Under the pieces are notes generated by a model that did not search any database, had not been told where the DNA came from, and was given only the letters and a program-made list of their open reading frames with translations. 56,192 nt of DNA from an uncultured cyanobacterium (GTDB lineage: Bacteria; Cyanobacteriota; Cyanobacteriia; Cyanobacteriales; Microcystaceae): the NCBI GenBank assembly GCA_963807635.1, contig CAWEDJ010000010.1, positions 1-56,192 on the forward strand, in the 5' to 3' direction. This document shows positions 42,466-53,361 of this stretch, one piece after another. The stretch's first letter is position 1; every line of letters starts with the position of its first letter. The position numbers and the translations under genes are program-made.

Positions 42466-42586
42466 TAAGTAGCTACTTACAATTAAATTGACAATAATTT
42501 TCGCACTGGATTCCCCCTGCCCCCCTTGATAAGGGGGGTGTCCGTAGGACGGGGGGATCTTCTAAATTTTAAGCCCCATCTACTTA
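42466..42586. mobile_element. Cyanobacterial MITE/REP-type miniature element
   Basis: Terminal inverted repeats TAAGTAG...CTACTTA enclose the GC hairpins CCCCCCTTGATAAGGGGGG and GTCCGTAGGAC. Confidence 0.72.
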
Positions 42587-42660
42587 CTAAGATTTTCGCT
42601 CAGGTCGGGCTATTTTTACTCGGTTTGGTTCGCAATAATAATGTTTCTTAACCTGACCGA

Positions 42661-43944
42661 TTAACCCACCACAGAGACTCCATCGACCAGAACGGAAGGC
42701 GTATAGCAAGATCCATTCCACTGGCGATCGCTACCGAGGACGAGAATTTGTTTGAGAATGGTATAAACATTCTCAGCGACCATTGTATCCTTCACCCGAC
42801 CGACGATTTCACCATTTTCGATGCGATAACCCAAATCCACATTAATGGAAAAATCCCCCGAAATATCAGGGCCACCGCCCAAAATTTGATCAATTAACAA
42901 GCCGTTTCCCATTTGGCTAATTAATTCAGGCAATGCTCCCTTTCCCGATTCGATGATGCAGTTGACCAGACTGGGGGTGGGATAGCCGCCGAGTCCTGGA
43001 CGAAAACCGTTTCCTGTGGCTGGATGACCGAGTTGACGGGCAATGGTGCGATCGCTATAAAATTGCTCAATTTTGCCTTGATTAATCAGAGTTAAAGCTT
43101 GGGTCGGGGTTCCTTCATCGTCAAAGGGGCAATCGTAGGGAACGAATTTGGGATCTTGGGAAAAGGTTAATAATTCAGACAAGACTTTTTCCCCTAATTT
43201 TTGGCTCCAAGGCGAAGAATCTTCTAAAATCCGTTTGCCATTGAGGGCGGCAATCACCGTTCCCCAGAGCATGGTGGCCGCGTTGGGAGTAAAAAGCACA
43301 GGCATTTTTCCTGCGATCGCGGGGGCGTTATCCTTTGCCCAGACTAGGCGTTGGAGAATTTGCTCAACAATTTGATTGGGATTAATTTTCTCTCGGCTAT
43401 ATTCTCCGTCATAAACCGCTAAAAAATCTTCCCCGCGAATCCACTCTACGCCGAAGTAATAACTAATCGCCGTATCCTGATGTTCACAGTGCAATCCCTT
43501 GGAATTGAGCAAAATTGTCTGATCTTCCTCGCATTCTAGTTCTCCACTACATAAAACCTCTGGATAGGCTTCTCGGATTTGCGCGATCGCCTTTTTTCCG
43601 ACTTCCACTAGGGTTTCAACGGGCAAGGTTTTCCCAACGGATTCCGCAATCTGGGTTCGGGCTTCATTTAATTCGGGCGTTTCAGGGGGATTTAGTGAAG
43701 ATAGCGCGATCGCCTTTTCCACTAAAGTTTGGGGATCGACAGGGCCATAGGCAACCGCTAAACCAGGACAACCTCCCCGCCAAACCCGCAAAGCCGTTCC
43801 TTCCGATTCTGAACTTTCGAGTTGCTTAAGACGATTGGCTTCAAAAAAAACAGGATGGGACTGCGATCGCGAATAATAAACCTCGGCATCTTCTGCCCCT
43901 GCGCGTTGGGCTAAGGTTAATAATTTCTCTAGTTCTTGTTTCAT
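42661..43944 (-). CDS. TldD/PmbA family protein (PmbA-like)
   Basis: AEVY, FEANRLKQLE, PFDDEGTPT, GNGFRP, SGDFS..VDLGYRIENGEI.GRVKDTM and TPS. Confidence 0.88.
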   Translation of the reverse strand: MKQELEKLLTLAQRAGAEDAEVYYSRSQSHPVFFEANRLKQLESSESEGTALRVWRGGCPGLAVAYGPVDPQTLVEKAIALSSLNPPETPELNEARTQIAESVGKTLPVETLVEVGKKAIAQIREAYPEVLCSGELECEEDQTILLNSKGLHCEHQDTAISYYFGVEWIRGEDFLAVYDGEYSREKINPNQIVEQILQRLVWAKDNAPAIAGKMPVLFTPNAATMLWGTVIAALNGKRILEDSSPWSQKLGEKVLSELLTFSQDPKFVPYDCPFDDEGTPTQALTLINQGKIEQFYSDRTIARQLGHPATGNGFRPGLGGYPTPSLVNCIIESGKGALPELISQMGNGLLIDQILGGGPDISGDFSINVDLGYRIENGEIVGRVKDTMVAENVYTILKQILVLGSDRQWNGSCYTPSVLVDGVSVVG

Positions 43945-44032
43945 CGTGAGATCCTAAAATTCCCTTTCTTTATTATTAGGGATGTTGGCCGCCCCTTGCC
44001 GAGAAGAACGGGTTAAAACGATTAGCAAACGG

Positions 44033-44362
44033 CTAAGCTCGATTGGGGAAAAGGCGATCGCGGTTGGTTTCTAATTGGCGTAATTCTAAACCCTGTTCAA
44101 AGATTTGATTAATCGCCAACATTTGCCCATCTTCGGTCATAAATTTGTGATCAGCCGTCGCGCGAATCACGGAACCATTTTCTAACTTGTATTCAAAGAC
44201 TTCTTGGGAACCCCGATGATGCCATTGGGCGATCGCCTGGGTATAAATAAATCCGTTGCGATCGACGCTATAAACGGTACATTCAATTTCTTCTTCGACA
44301 ATTTTGCCAATGGGTAAAACTCCATATTCAACCGTTAGGATTAAACTGTCATAGCTCAGACA
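44033..44362 (-). other. DnaE split intein N-fragment (109 aa)
   Basis: Cys1 block [15 protein letters not shown], block [10 protein letters not shown]; no C-terminal HN/SN, and the ORF ends. Confidence 0.93.
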
Positions 44363-46684
44363 ATATTCAGCAAAATTAACCATCTGATCAAAAAGACTTT
44401 CAGAAATCTGTTTTGTAACCCCATTCTTAGCAGCTCCTGTAATAAATTTCTCTCGATGTTTCTGCATTTCTGAGGCTTTCTTTTTCCCCATAGCCCGTCG
44501 TAATAAATCCGCTTCTCCTAAAGAATAACCCGCCAAATCTTGAGCCATTTTCATGATTTGTTCTTGATAGACGAGGACTCCATAGGTTTCATTTAAAATC
44601 GTTTCTAATAGTTTATGTTCATAGGCGATCGCTTCTCTGCCATGTTTGCGATCGATAAACTTAGGAATTAAACCCGCGTCCAAGGGGCACGGGCGATAGA
44701 GAGCCAAAATCGAAGAAATATCTTCAATACTAGAGGGCTTTAAATCTCGAACAATTTGACGCATTCCCGACGATTCTAACTGAAAAATTCCTTCCAAATC
44801 CCCATCTTCTAACAAGGTATGGGTTTTTTTGACATCTTTTGGTAATTTTTTGATTGATCCCTTAGCCATAATTTCTAAGGCTTTGCGTTCCCCTAATGGC
44901 AACTCATCCAGGTCAATAATTTCTCCCTTATTTTGTTTAATTAAATCCGTCGCTCGTTGCAAAGTCGTGAGATTTTTTAATCCCAAAAAGTCCATTTTTA
45001 ATAGCCCTAAGGACTCGATATCTTCCATAAAATATTGAGTAATGACTGAGCCATCATTATTTTTTTGGAGAGGAACAATTTCATCTAAAGGTTCCGAGGA
45101 AATGACTACCCCCGCCGCATGAACCCCAAAGGTTTTATTGGTTCCTTCAATGCGAATGGCCATATCAAGCCAACGTCTGACTTCGGGATCATTATCATAC
45201 TGATTTTTAAATTCAGGCTCTGGGGTTTCTGCCGAAATCATCACCTTTAATTTAGTCGGTTTGCCTCGTGAAACGGGAATCAATTTAGCCATTTTGTCAG
45301 ACTGAGCGTAGGGAATTCCTAATACCCTGGCCACATCTTTTAAGACAGATTTAGACGTTAATCGGTTAAAAGTAATAATCTGAGCAACATTAGCTTCCCC
45401 ATATTTCTCTGTCACATATTTAATCATGTCATCTCGCCTGTCAATACAAAAATCCGTATCAACGTCAGGCATGGATTTTCTTTCAGGATTGAGAAAACGT
45501 TCAAACAATAAACCATGATGAACGGGATCAATATTGGTAATTCTTAAACAATAGGCAACCAAAGAACCTGCCGCACTCCCGCGACCTGGGCCAACCGCAA
45601 TATTATTATCTCTGGCATATTTAATATAATCCCAAACCACTAAAAAATAGGTCGAAAAACCCATTCTTTGTAACATCTTTAATTCGTATTCCAGACGTTC
45701 TTGATAAACGGGTTCAACTTCATCAAAGGAACGACATTTCAATCTTTCAAGCAAACCCTGTCTAGAAATTTCTTCCACATAGGTATCAGGGGTATGATTT
45801 GGAGGAACAGGATAATTAGGAATGCGGGGTTCTCCTAATATGTTATAGGGTTCTATTTTTTCAGCCACTTCGAGGGTATTATTAATCGCTTCTTCGATAA
45901 CTTCATGAGGTAAGTGATCTCGAAATAATTGCCGCATTTCGTCGGCGGATTTAAGATATTCTGTACCACTGTAACGGAGTCTTTTGTCTTCGGTAATCAG
46001 TTTTCCTGTTTGAATACAAAGTAGGGCATCATGGGCTTCTACGTCATAGCAAGAAATGAAATGGGAGTCATTAGTCGCAATAATTTTAATCCCCAATTCT
46101 TTGGCAATTTTAACGATTTGAACATTGACAATTCTATCTTCAATGGAACCATGATCTTGGATTTCTAGATAATAATCTTCTCCAAATAAATCCTGATACC
46201 ATTTAGCGACTTCTCTGGCGTGTGCTAGATCTCCTTTTAAAATTGCCTGGGGAACTTCTCCCCCTAAACAAGCACTGGTTACGATTAAGTCTTCGTGGTA
46301 TTGGGTGAGTAAGTCTTTGTTAATACAGGGTCTAGAAAAAATGCCTTTTCCTTGAATTCCTTTGAGGCTAGAAATGGTGGTTAGCTTGACTAAATTTTTA
46401 TAACCTTTGGTGTTTTTAGCTAAAACGACCTGGTGAAACCGACGATTTTTTTTATTCTCTTCAATATTGCCATTGATGACATACATTTCGTTGCCAATAA
46501 TCGGCTTAATCGGTTTATTGCGACAGAGTTTAATCATTTCGATCGCGCCGTACATGACTCCATGATCCGTTAAGGCGATCGCGGGCATTTCGGGTTCTAC
46601 GGCCCGATCAATCAGACTCGGTAACTGGGAAGCACCATCGAGCAGACTATAATCACTGTGAATATGTAAGCCAACAAAAGACAT
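44033..46684 (-). CDS. dnaE-n: DNA polymerase III alpha, N-terminal part with split N-intein
   Basis: [23 protein letters not shown] and MPDVDTDF; the extein ends FAEY and is followed by the intein CLSYD... Confidence 0.96.
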   Translation of the reverse strand: MSFVGLHIHSDYSLLDGASQLPSLIDRAVEPEMPAIALTDHGVMYGAIEMIKLCRNKPIKPIIGNEMYVINGNIEENKKNRRFHQVVLAKNTKGYKNLVKLTTISSLKGIQGKGIFSRPCINKDLLTQYHEDLIVTSACLGGEVPQAILKGDLAHAREVAKWYQDLFGEDYYLEIQDHGSIEDRIVNVQIVKIAKELGIKIIATNDSHFISCYDVEAHDALLCIQTGKLITEDKRLRYSGTEYLKSADEMRQLFRDHLPHEVIEEAINNTLEVAEKIEPYNILGEPRIPNYPVPPNHTPDTYVEEISRQGLLERLKCRSFDEVEPVYQERLEYELKMLQRMGFSTYFLVVWDYIKYARDNNIAVGPGRGSAAGSLVAYCLRITNIDPVHHGLLFERFLNPERKSMPDVDTDFCIDRRDDMIKYVTEKYGEANVAQIITFNRLTSKSVLKDVARVLGIPYAQSDKMAKLIPVSRGKPTKLKVMISAETPEPEFKNQYDNDPEVRRWLDMAIRIEGTNKTFGVHAAGVVISSEPLDEIVPLQKNNDGSVITQYFMEDIESLGLLKMDFLGLKNLTTLQRATDLIKQNKGEIIDLDELPLGERKALEIMAKGSIKKLPKDVKKTHTLLEDGDLEGIFQLESSGMRQIVRDLKPSSIEDISSILALYRPCPLDAGLIPKFIDRKHGREAIAYEHKLLETILNETYGVLVYQEQIMKMAQDLAGYSLGEADLLRRAMGKKKASEMQKHREKFITGAAKNGVTKQISESLFDQMVNFAEYCLSYDSLILTVEYGVLPIGKIVEEEIECTVYSVDRNGFIYTQAIAQWHHRGSQEVFEYKLENGSVIRATADHKFMTEDGQMLAINQIFEQGLELRQLETNRDRLFPNRA

Positions 46685-46729
46685 TTTTTAATAAAACCTA
46701 AGTTTAATAATTTAATCAATTTTCTGGGT

Positions 46730-46747
46730 AAGGGGCTTAAGCCCCTT
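46730..46747. repeat. Perfect 18 bp palindrome AAGGGGCTTAAGCCCCTT
   Basis: Intergenic, followed by GTTTTT; could serve as a terminator or be a dispersed repeat. Confidence 0.65.
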
Positions 46748-46805
46748 GTTTTTATTAATCCATTTAATTTATGTTAACTATTACCATTCTATTTCCTAAA
46801 CAAAA

Positions 46806-47639
46806 TTAACGGGCATCAGTCCGCACAGGATAGGGAAACTTACTCTTCTCTATATTAAACCATTCCTCTTGAAGATCATGATTAGCAGGACTGGCAATCA
46901 CGGCATCGACTACCTGTTTCCATTCACTATTTTCTTTCGGTAAAATGCAACCGTATAATTCCGTTGTAATCGGTTGGCGGGGCGTAAGGATAAATTGACG
47001 GGGATCTTTGCCTTCTTTGACTAATTCTCCGATTAAGAGAATGCCATCACTGACTACTGCTCTTACGCCTCCCTCGGTTAATTTAGCAATCCCTTCTTGA
47101 CGGTTTTTGACTTCTACCCATTTGGCAGTGGGATAGATTTGGGGAATGATATCAAAGGTGGTGGTATTTGGGATATGGGCGATCGCCTGATTACTAAGAG
47201 TTCCATTCACATCAAAACTTTCATCATTAGATTGTTTGATCAAAAACTGTGCGCCCGTAATAAAAAAAGGAATAGAAAAATCAACCCGTTCTAGTCTTTC
47301 TTCGGTAATAGTTGTCGCTTCACAAACAATATCCAGATTACCATTTTTAACTTCTCTAAAACGATTATTAACGGTCACATTCGCTAAATTAAACTTGATT
47401 TTTTTATTTAATTTTTCCTCTAATTTTTTGTGAATTAAAGACAATAGATCAACGGAATAGCCATCTAATTTACCCTGTGGATTATTAGTATAACTAAAGG
47501 GAACCGCATCGGCCCTAGTACCCGCTTTCAATTCTCCCGTTCGCGCGATTTTTTCGAGAACTGTCTCTGCTCCTACATTAGCTGAAAAAGTCGTGAGAGC
47601 CAAAAAAGTTAATAAAGAAAGAAAAATTCGATTGTGCAT
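46806..47639 (-). CDS. Polar amino acid ABC substrate-binding protein (orphan)
   Basis: Signal peptide; ETVLEKIARTG.L.AGTR.DA.PFSY, DIVC.ATTIT.ER...VDFS.PFF and SDGILL. Confidence 0.85.
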   Translation of the reverse strand: MHNRIFLSLLTFLALTTFSANVGAETVLEKIARTGELKAGTRADAVPFSYTNNPQGKLDGYSVDLLSLIHKKLEEKLNKKIKFNLANVTVNNRFREVKNGNLDIVCEATTITEERLERVDFSIPFFITGAQFLIKQSNDESFDVNGTLSNQAIAHIPNTTTFDIIPQIYPTAKWVEVKNRQEGIAKLTEGGVRAVVSDGILLIGELVKEGKDPRQFILTPRQPITTELYGCILPKENSEWKQVVDAVIASPANHDLQEEWFNIEKSKFPYPVRTDAR

Positions 47640-47834
47640 AGGGTTAATTGTCCGTAAAATTCCATAAAAGGGCAAAATATAGATAAAATACTGGAGAGGA
47701 AAGATTAATTCCTAAAGCCAGGAAGCCTTAATCGCAAAATTGTGGTAATCATATCAGTTTTGTTATGCAGTAGTCGAGAGGCAAATTTTCTGCGTATCCT
47801 AGAAGAGTAACGTTAATTAGCCCATCAACTTTAT

Positions 47835-48224
47835 TTGGATGACCCTATGCGTGATTTGGTACAAAAAGCCTTTTATCTTGGAATTGGACTGGCTTCCTAT
47901 GCCGCAGAGAAAGCCAATGTTAATTTACAAGAATTAAAATCCCAAGCTCAGAAAGTGGCCGATGAGATGGTCTTACGGGGCGAAATGACGGCAGAGGAAG
48001 CTCGTCGCTATGTGGAAGAACTGGTGAATCAGGCTCAAGTCAATCCTGGAGAGACAACGGAAAGTTCTGCCCCCCGCGAACCCCGTCGGATTGAAATTGT
48101 GTTTGATGATGCCGATGAATCTCCTCAGGAAACGACTAAGGCAGAAAATCCCCCCAATGCCGAGGATTTACGCAAACAAGTAGAAGCTTTACAGGAGGAG
48201 CTGCGGCGCATTCGTCATAATTAG
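47835..48224 (+). CDS. Phasin-like protein
   Basis: VQKAFYLGIGLASYA.EKA...DEMV.RGEMT.EEARRYVEEL and a coiled-coil C-terminus. Confidence 0.7.
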   Translation: MDDPMRDLVQKAFYLGIGLASYAAEKANVNLQELKSQAQKVADEMVLRGEMTAEEARRYVEELVNQAQVNPGETTESSAPREPRRIEIVFDDADESPQETTKAENPPNAEDLRKQVEALQEELRRIRHN

Positions 48225-48278
48225 GATTAACTACAAATTTGACGCTTGTACGAGTGTTGCGATATCAGGATAAACATA

Positions 48279-48728
48279 ATGACTAACCAAAATCATGATC
48301 CCCATCGTTCCAATGATCCCAAAGATACCTTGCCGCCGGATCTGTCAGTTTTTTTAGAGGCGATCGCCCTCAGCTTTGAAGATTTTTTAGGAGAAATCAA
48401 TCAGGCGATTGAAGAGGTTGCGGATAACCTCCAACGGGAATTGGGGCAGGAAATGGAACTGTTTTGGCAAGATTTTGTTGCCCCTTTGCTCGATTTAGAA
48501 ATTGAGTGGGAAAGCCGTACCGATCTGACTGAGCATTTTACCGATGACCCCGATGGTTGGCTAAATCCTAAAATTGAAGCCACCAGAGACACCCATCCTG
48601 CCTGTGTGGGCTGTGCCAATTATCATGGTCGTCTCTATAACGGGACTCTTTTGGTCTGTGGGATGCACCCCTACGGCGTGGAAGAGAGCCATTGTCTGGA
48701 TTGGGAAAGGATGCCCGACAGCAGGTGA
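48279..48728 (+). CDS. Conserved hypothetical protein with a C-terminal Cys/His motif
   Basis: HPACVGCANYHG..Y.G.LLVCGMHPYG.....C.DWE. Confidence 0.7.
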   Translation: MTNQNHDPHRSNDPKDTLPPDLSVFLEAIALSFEDFLGEINQAIEEVADNLQRELGQEMELFWQDFVAPLLDLEIEWESRTDLTEHFTDDPDGWLNPKIEATRDTHPACVGCANYHGRLYNGTLLVCGMHPYGVEESHCLDWERMPDSR

Positions 48729-48826
48729 CGGTAATCCTCCCCTCGTTCGCTGGGGAAAAGATTTGCCACGATTGTTATGGTGGAGATTAGGGTCATTATT
48801 TTCTTGGAAAAACAAGGCGAAAACCT

Positions 48827-49150
48827 ATGGATACGAATGATTGGTTAAAGCAGTTATTGTTAATGGGTATTGGCACGACTTCTCTGGTTGCCGAAAAATT
48901 TGGAGAAGCCAGTGAGCAGTGGGTTAAAGATGGTAAGATCAATCCCGATCAAGCCAAAGCGTTTGTGGATGATTTACTGCTCCAAATTAAAACGGAACAG
49001 GATCATTTTGAGACGAATTTAGAACGGCAATTGCGGAATATGCTCCAGGATATTGGGGTTCCCCGTCAGTCTGAAATGGATGAGTTGCGGGGTCGAATTG
49101 ACCGCCTAGAACGACAAATCCGAGAGTTAGAAAATCAGCGTTGGCGATAA
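48827..49150 (+). CDS. Phasin-family protein
   Basis: [14 protein letters not shown]...[31 protein letters not shown]. Confidence 0.75.
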   Translation: MDTNDWLKQLLLMGIGTTSLVAEKFGEASEQWVKDGKINPDQAKAFVDDLLLQIKTEQDHFETNLERQLRNMLQDIGVPRQSEMDELRGRIDRLERQIRELENQRWR

Positions 49151-49187
49151 TTTTGGTCATCGTCAAGGCAATAATGAGGAATCGTTA

Positions 49188-49703
49188 ATGAAAGAAGTTT
49201 TAATTAGTTTTTCTGTTGTACTCTTTTTTTGTGGTTTATTGATTGTTTCTGCTATTTTTAAACCCAATACTTCTCCAGCGATCGCGGCAAATTTACAAGT
49301 TCCCTCCCCGATCATTGCTCAATCACCTATTACCCAAGAAACTATCACCATGAATTTAGACAATGCGATCGCCACGCCTTCAGGTTTAAAGTATATTGAT
49401 ACCGAAGTTGGCACGGGAGAAAGTCCCACGACAGGACAAACCGTCAAAGTCCACTACACAGGAACCTTGACCGATGGTAAAAAGTTTGACAGTTCCGTTG
49501 ATAGAGGGCAACCTTTTTCTTTTAAAATCGGTGTCGGTCAAGTGATTAAAGGTTGGGATGAAGGCGTTGCAACCATGAAAGTCGGCGGTAAACGTACCCT
49601 AATTATTCCTCCCGATTTGGGTTACGGAGAGCGGGGAGCAGGCGGAGTGATTCCTGGTAATGCGACTCTTCTGTTTGATGTGGAATTATTGGGCGTTAAT
49701 TAA
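49188..49703 (+). CDS. FKBP-type peptidyl-prolyl cis-trans isomerase
   Basis: [33 protein letters not shown] and TLLFDVELL. Confidence 0.95.
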   Translation: MKEVLISFSVVLFFCGLLIVSAIFKPNTSPAIAANLQVPSPIIAQSPITQETITMNLDNAIATPSGLKYIDTEVGTGESPTTGQTVKVHYTGTLTDGKKFDSSVDRGQPFSFKIGVGQVIKGWDEGVATMKVGGKRTLIIPPDLGYGERGAGGVIPGNATLLFDVELLGVN

Positions 49704-49720
49704 ATTTAGTTTTTTGCTCA

Positions 49721-49766
49721 AAAGAAGTCAGGAGTTAGCCAATTGAAGCTTTCTGCTGACTTTTTT
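49721..49766. terminator. Putative terminator between convergent FKBP and Tab2 genes
   Basis: AAAGAAGTCAG ... CTGACTTTTTT inverted repeat. Confidence 0.55.
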
Positions 49767-49829
49767 GTTGATGATATTTTCCCCCTTGCGATCACCGAAA
49801 ATTTTTCCTTATACCAAATTAAATTGGTA

Positions 49830-50710
49830 TTATTTCAGAGCCTTGGCTTCCTGTAATAACCAAAATCCCGCAAAGGATTCGGAATTGGCATCGGATTGTA
49901 TGGCTAGAAAATGAATATTTTGGGCTTGGGCTTTCGTCTGTTCAAATCCCTTTGCTTCAGCTAGAGTAGCGGGATCGTTCAGATTGGCAATAATCCAACT
50001 ATCACTCGCTCCCGTTTCTAGGCGAATCATAGGACTAGGGGTTTCACTAAATTTGAGATAACCCAACTCTAACCCCGATAACCAGGCAGCAAAGGGCAAG
50101 GAACGGGGAGAAAACAAAATTAAGCCAGGAATGCGCGTTTCGGGAGTAATCCCCATCGAAGCCAGGGAAAAAGATTCACCAAAACTAATATCCCATTCCA
50201 TCATGTCGTCAAAGGCAGAGGCTTCCAAACTCACTAAGGCCCACTGATCACCGCGATCGCCCCTAATGGCATCGGGCAGGAAAATGGGATTTAATTCCAA
50301 ATATTGCACAGAAGCGGTCGGAGCTAGGGTTCCGTCATAACCCTCTTGGTGAGGATAAAAATCCGTCAGACGTTGTTCTAGCCAATGATTGAGGGTGTAG
50401 GTACGGCGACTGGGAGCGGGGGGATGCCCAGATCTTCACAGGCTTTGGTGATCATGTTGCCCATTTGTCGTCGGAAAAATCTGATTTTTTGCGGCATCTC
50501 CCCTGATTCAGCGATCGCTTTTTCGATGGCTTCTTTTAGCCAGAGAGAATTAACCGTCGTACTAGGACAAAATTGACTATAACGAAACAACTCATCGGGT
50601 GATCGCGCAATGGAGAGAGGCGATTCACAGATCAGGACTTCCCAAACCTTTTTTTGTCGTTCATCTAAAATTGGACGCGAATAAAAATCCAGTTCCCAAA
50701 CGGTTGCCAT
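49830..50710 (-). CDS. Tab2/Atab2-family RNA-binding protein; indel ~50415
   Basis: WELDFYSRPILDE..KKVWE, IRFFRRQM.NMI, GD.W..VSL and FAGFWLL. Confidence 0.88.
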
Positions 50711-50760
50711 CGTAAACTCAAACTCCTACTTAAAAATTCCCTTCATTCAGTTTCTCACGA

Positions 50761-53288
50761 CTAATACAACAAACATTGCCCATCAGGACATAAATCTAAT
50801 AACTCAATCGGTACGGAGTTAATATCCCAAATATCTTGGCAATATTCCCGAATGGAGCGATCGGAAGAAAATTTCCCCATGCGCGCCACATTGAGAATCG
50901 ACATTTTCGACCAATGCTCTGGATTTTGATAGGCTTGGCTCACTTTCTCCTGACAATCGACATAGGACTGATAATCCGCCAACAGAAAATAGGGATCGCC
51001 ATAAAGCAAGGAATTGGTTAAAGGTCGGAATAAATTGCTATCCCCATGAGCAAAAAATCCCGAATTGATTAAATCAATGACTGCCTTTAATTCCGTATTA
51101 TTTTGATAATAATCCCAGGGACGGTAGCCCACTTTTTGGGTTTGCTGAACCTCTTCCGCCGTTAACCCAAAAAGAAAGAAATTTTCTGCGCCCACTTCTT
51201 CTCGGATTTCCACATTCGCCCCGTCTAGGGTTCCAATGGTTAACGCCCCATTCATGGAAAATTTCATATTTCCTGTGCCAGACGCTTCCTTGCCTGCGGT
51301 GGAAATTTGTTCGGATAAATCGGCGGCGGGATAAACTCGTTGTCCTAATTTAACGTTGTAATCACTCAAAAAGACAACCTTTAGGCGATCGCGAACACGA
51401 GGATCATTATTAACGACCTCGGCAACGGCATTAATAAATTTGATGATTAATTTAGCCATAAAATAACCTGGGCTGCTTTACCACCAAAAATAAAAGTTCG
51501 GGGAGCAATCTCTAAATTAGGATTATTTTTTAATCGTAAATACAAACTCACAATATGCAGCACATTCAAATGTTGCCGTTTATATTCATGAATCCGTTTT
51601 ACCTGCACATCAAATAATGAATTAGGATCGACAATTAAATTATTTTTTTGCTCAATATAACGAGCTAAATCCTGCTTAACCTCTCGTTTGATTTGTCGCC
51701 ACTGCAAACGAAAATTAGGATCTTCAACCAGATATTCTAATTGCTTTAATTCATAGAGATTTTTAATCCAGCCTTCTCCAATTTTTTCCGTAATTAATTG
51801 GCTTAATTTGGGATTACTTAAAACCATCCAACGACGGGGCGTTACACCATTGGTTTTATTACTAAATTTTTGAGGAAAGAGTTCATAAAAGTCTCGTAAC
51901 GTGGTTTCTTTCAATAATTCAGAATGCAAGGCGGCAACCCCATTAATGGCATGGGAACCCACACAAGCTAAATGGGCCATCCGAACATATTTTTCACCAG
52001 TTTCATCAATTAATGATAAATTTACAATTTTATGATCATCCCCTGGATAGCGTAAACGTACTTCATCCAGAAATCGCCGATTAATTTCATAGATAATTTC
52101 TAAATGACGGGGTAGGACAGAGCCAAAAAGCTTTAATGACCATTTTTCTAGGGCTTCAGGTAAAAGGGTATGATTCGTATAACCCAGACTTTTTTGGGTA
52201 ATTTCCCAGGCTTTATCCCAATTAATCTCATATTCATCCACTAACAAGCGCATCAGCTCAGCCACACTAATGGAAGGATGGGTATCATTCAGTTGAATCG
52301 AAAAACTTTCTGCAAAAGTTTCTAGGGAATCTTGCTCAAACAAATGCATCCGAATCATATCTTGTAAAGAACAGGAAACAAAGAAAAATTGTTGCATCAA
52401 ACGTAATTCTTTGCCCTGAATTTGTTCATCATTGGGATAGAGAACTTTGGTTAAATTTTCCGACGAAACTTTTTCATTGACGGCTCCATAGTAATCCCCA
52501 ATATTAAAGCGTTGAAAATCAAAGGATTCGGTGGCTTCTGCTTTCCAGAGTCGCATCGTATTAGCAGTACTGACTTTATAGCCTAAAATCGGCGTATCGT
52601 AGGGAATACCTTCAACCATGTGTCCTGGAACCCAACGGATTCGATTATTTCCGTCCGCACCTGTAAAGGATTCCGTATGGCCACCAAATTTAACTTTAAC
52701 AGAGGCATCTGGTCGGGCAATTTCCCAAGGATTACCGTATTGGAGCCATTTATCGGTAATTTCTACCTGCCAGCCATCATGGATTTCCTGATCAAAAATA
52801 CCAAATTCGTAGCGGATACCGTAACCGATCGCAGGAATTTCCAAAGTGGCGAGGGAATCCATATAACAGGCAGCCAACCGACCTAATCCACCGTTACCGA
52901 GGCCTGGTTCTTCTTCAATATTGATTAATTCTTCGAGATCGAGACCCGATTCGGTCACCGCTTGTTTGACAGGTTCCCATAGTCCCAAATTGATTAAATT
53001 ATTACCCAAATGGGGGCCAACTAAAAATTCTGCCGATAAGTAACAAACAATCTTAGTATCTTTTTTAGAATAGGTCTGGGCTGTGTTGAGCCAACGTTGC
53101 AATAGGCGATCGCGAATGGTATAGGCTAATGCCATATAACAATCATGTTTGGTGGCAATCCCTGGAAATTTTCCCTGAAGATAGAACAAATTATCGGCCA
53201 GAGCGCGTTTGAGCGTGGTAACACTTAAACCAGTGCGATCGTCTTCGACTTCGATTGTTATCGGGCAGGCAGAAATTTCGGTATTCAT
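50761..53288 (-). CDS. glgP: Glycogen phosphorylase; indel ~51470 in GGKAAPGY
   Basis: [39 protein letters not shown] and [11 protein letters not shown]. Confidence 0.95.
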
Positions 53289-53361
53289 AGTTATAAAAAA
53301 ATATGACCCTGTCATTTAGTCATTTTACTATTGCGGTGATGATTTTTCCGATAGTGTCTAC

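Noticed and set aside
46806..47639. GrrP-type binding protein of a radical-SAM peptide (Grr) system
   Set aside because: No radical SAM gene or glycine-rich precursor is adjacent, so it was kept as a generic amino acid-binding protein.
3270..51480. Mass pseudogenisation (symbiont-like genome decay) or alternative genetic code
   Set aside because: Breaks hit essential genes such as pgsA and cmk, are mostly single indels at GGCC or homopolymers, and intact genes use all three stops normally. Sequencing error is more parsimonious.
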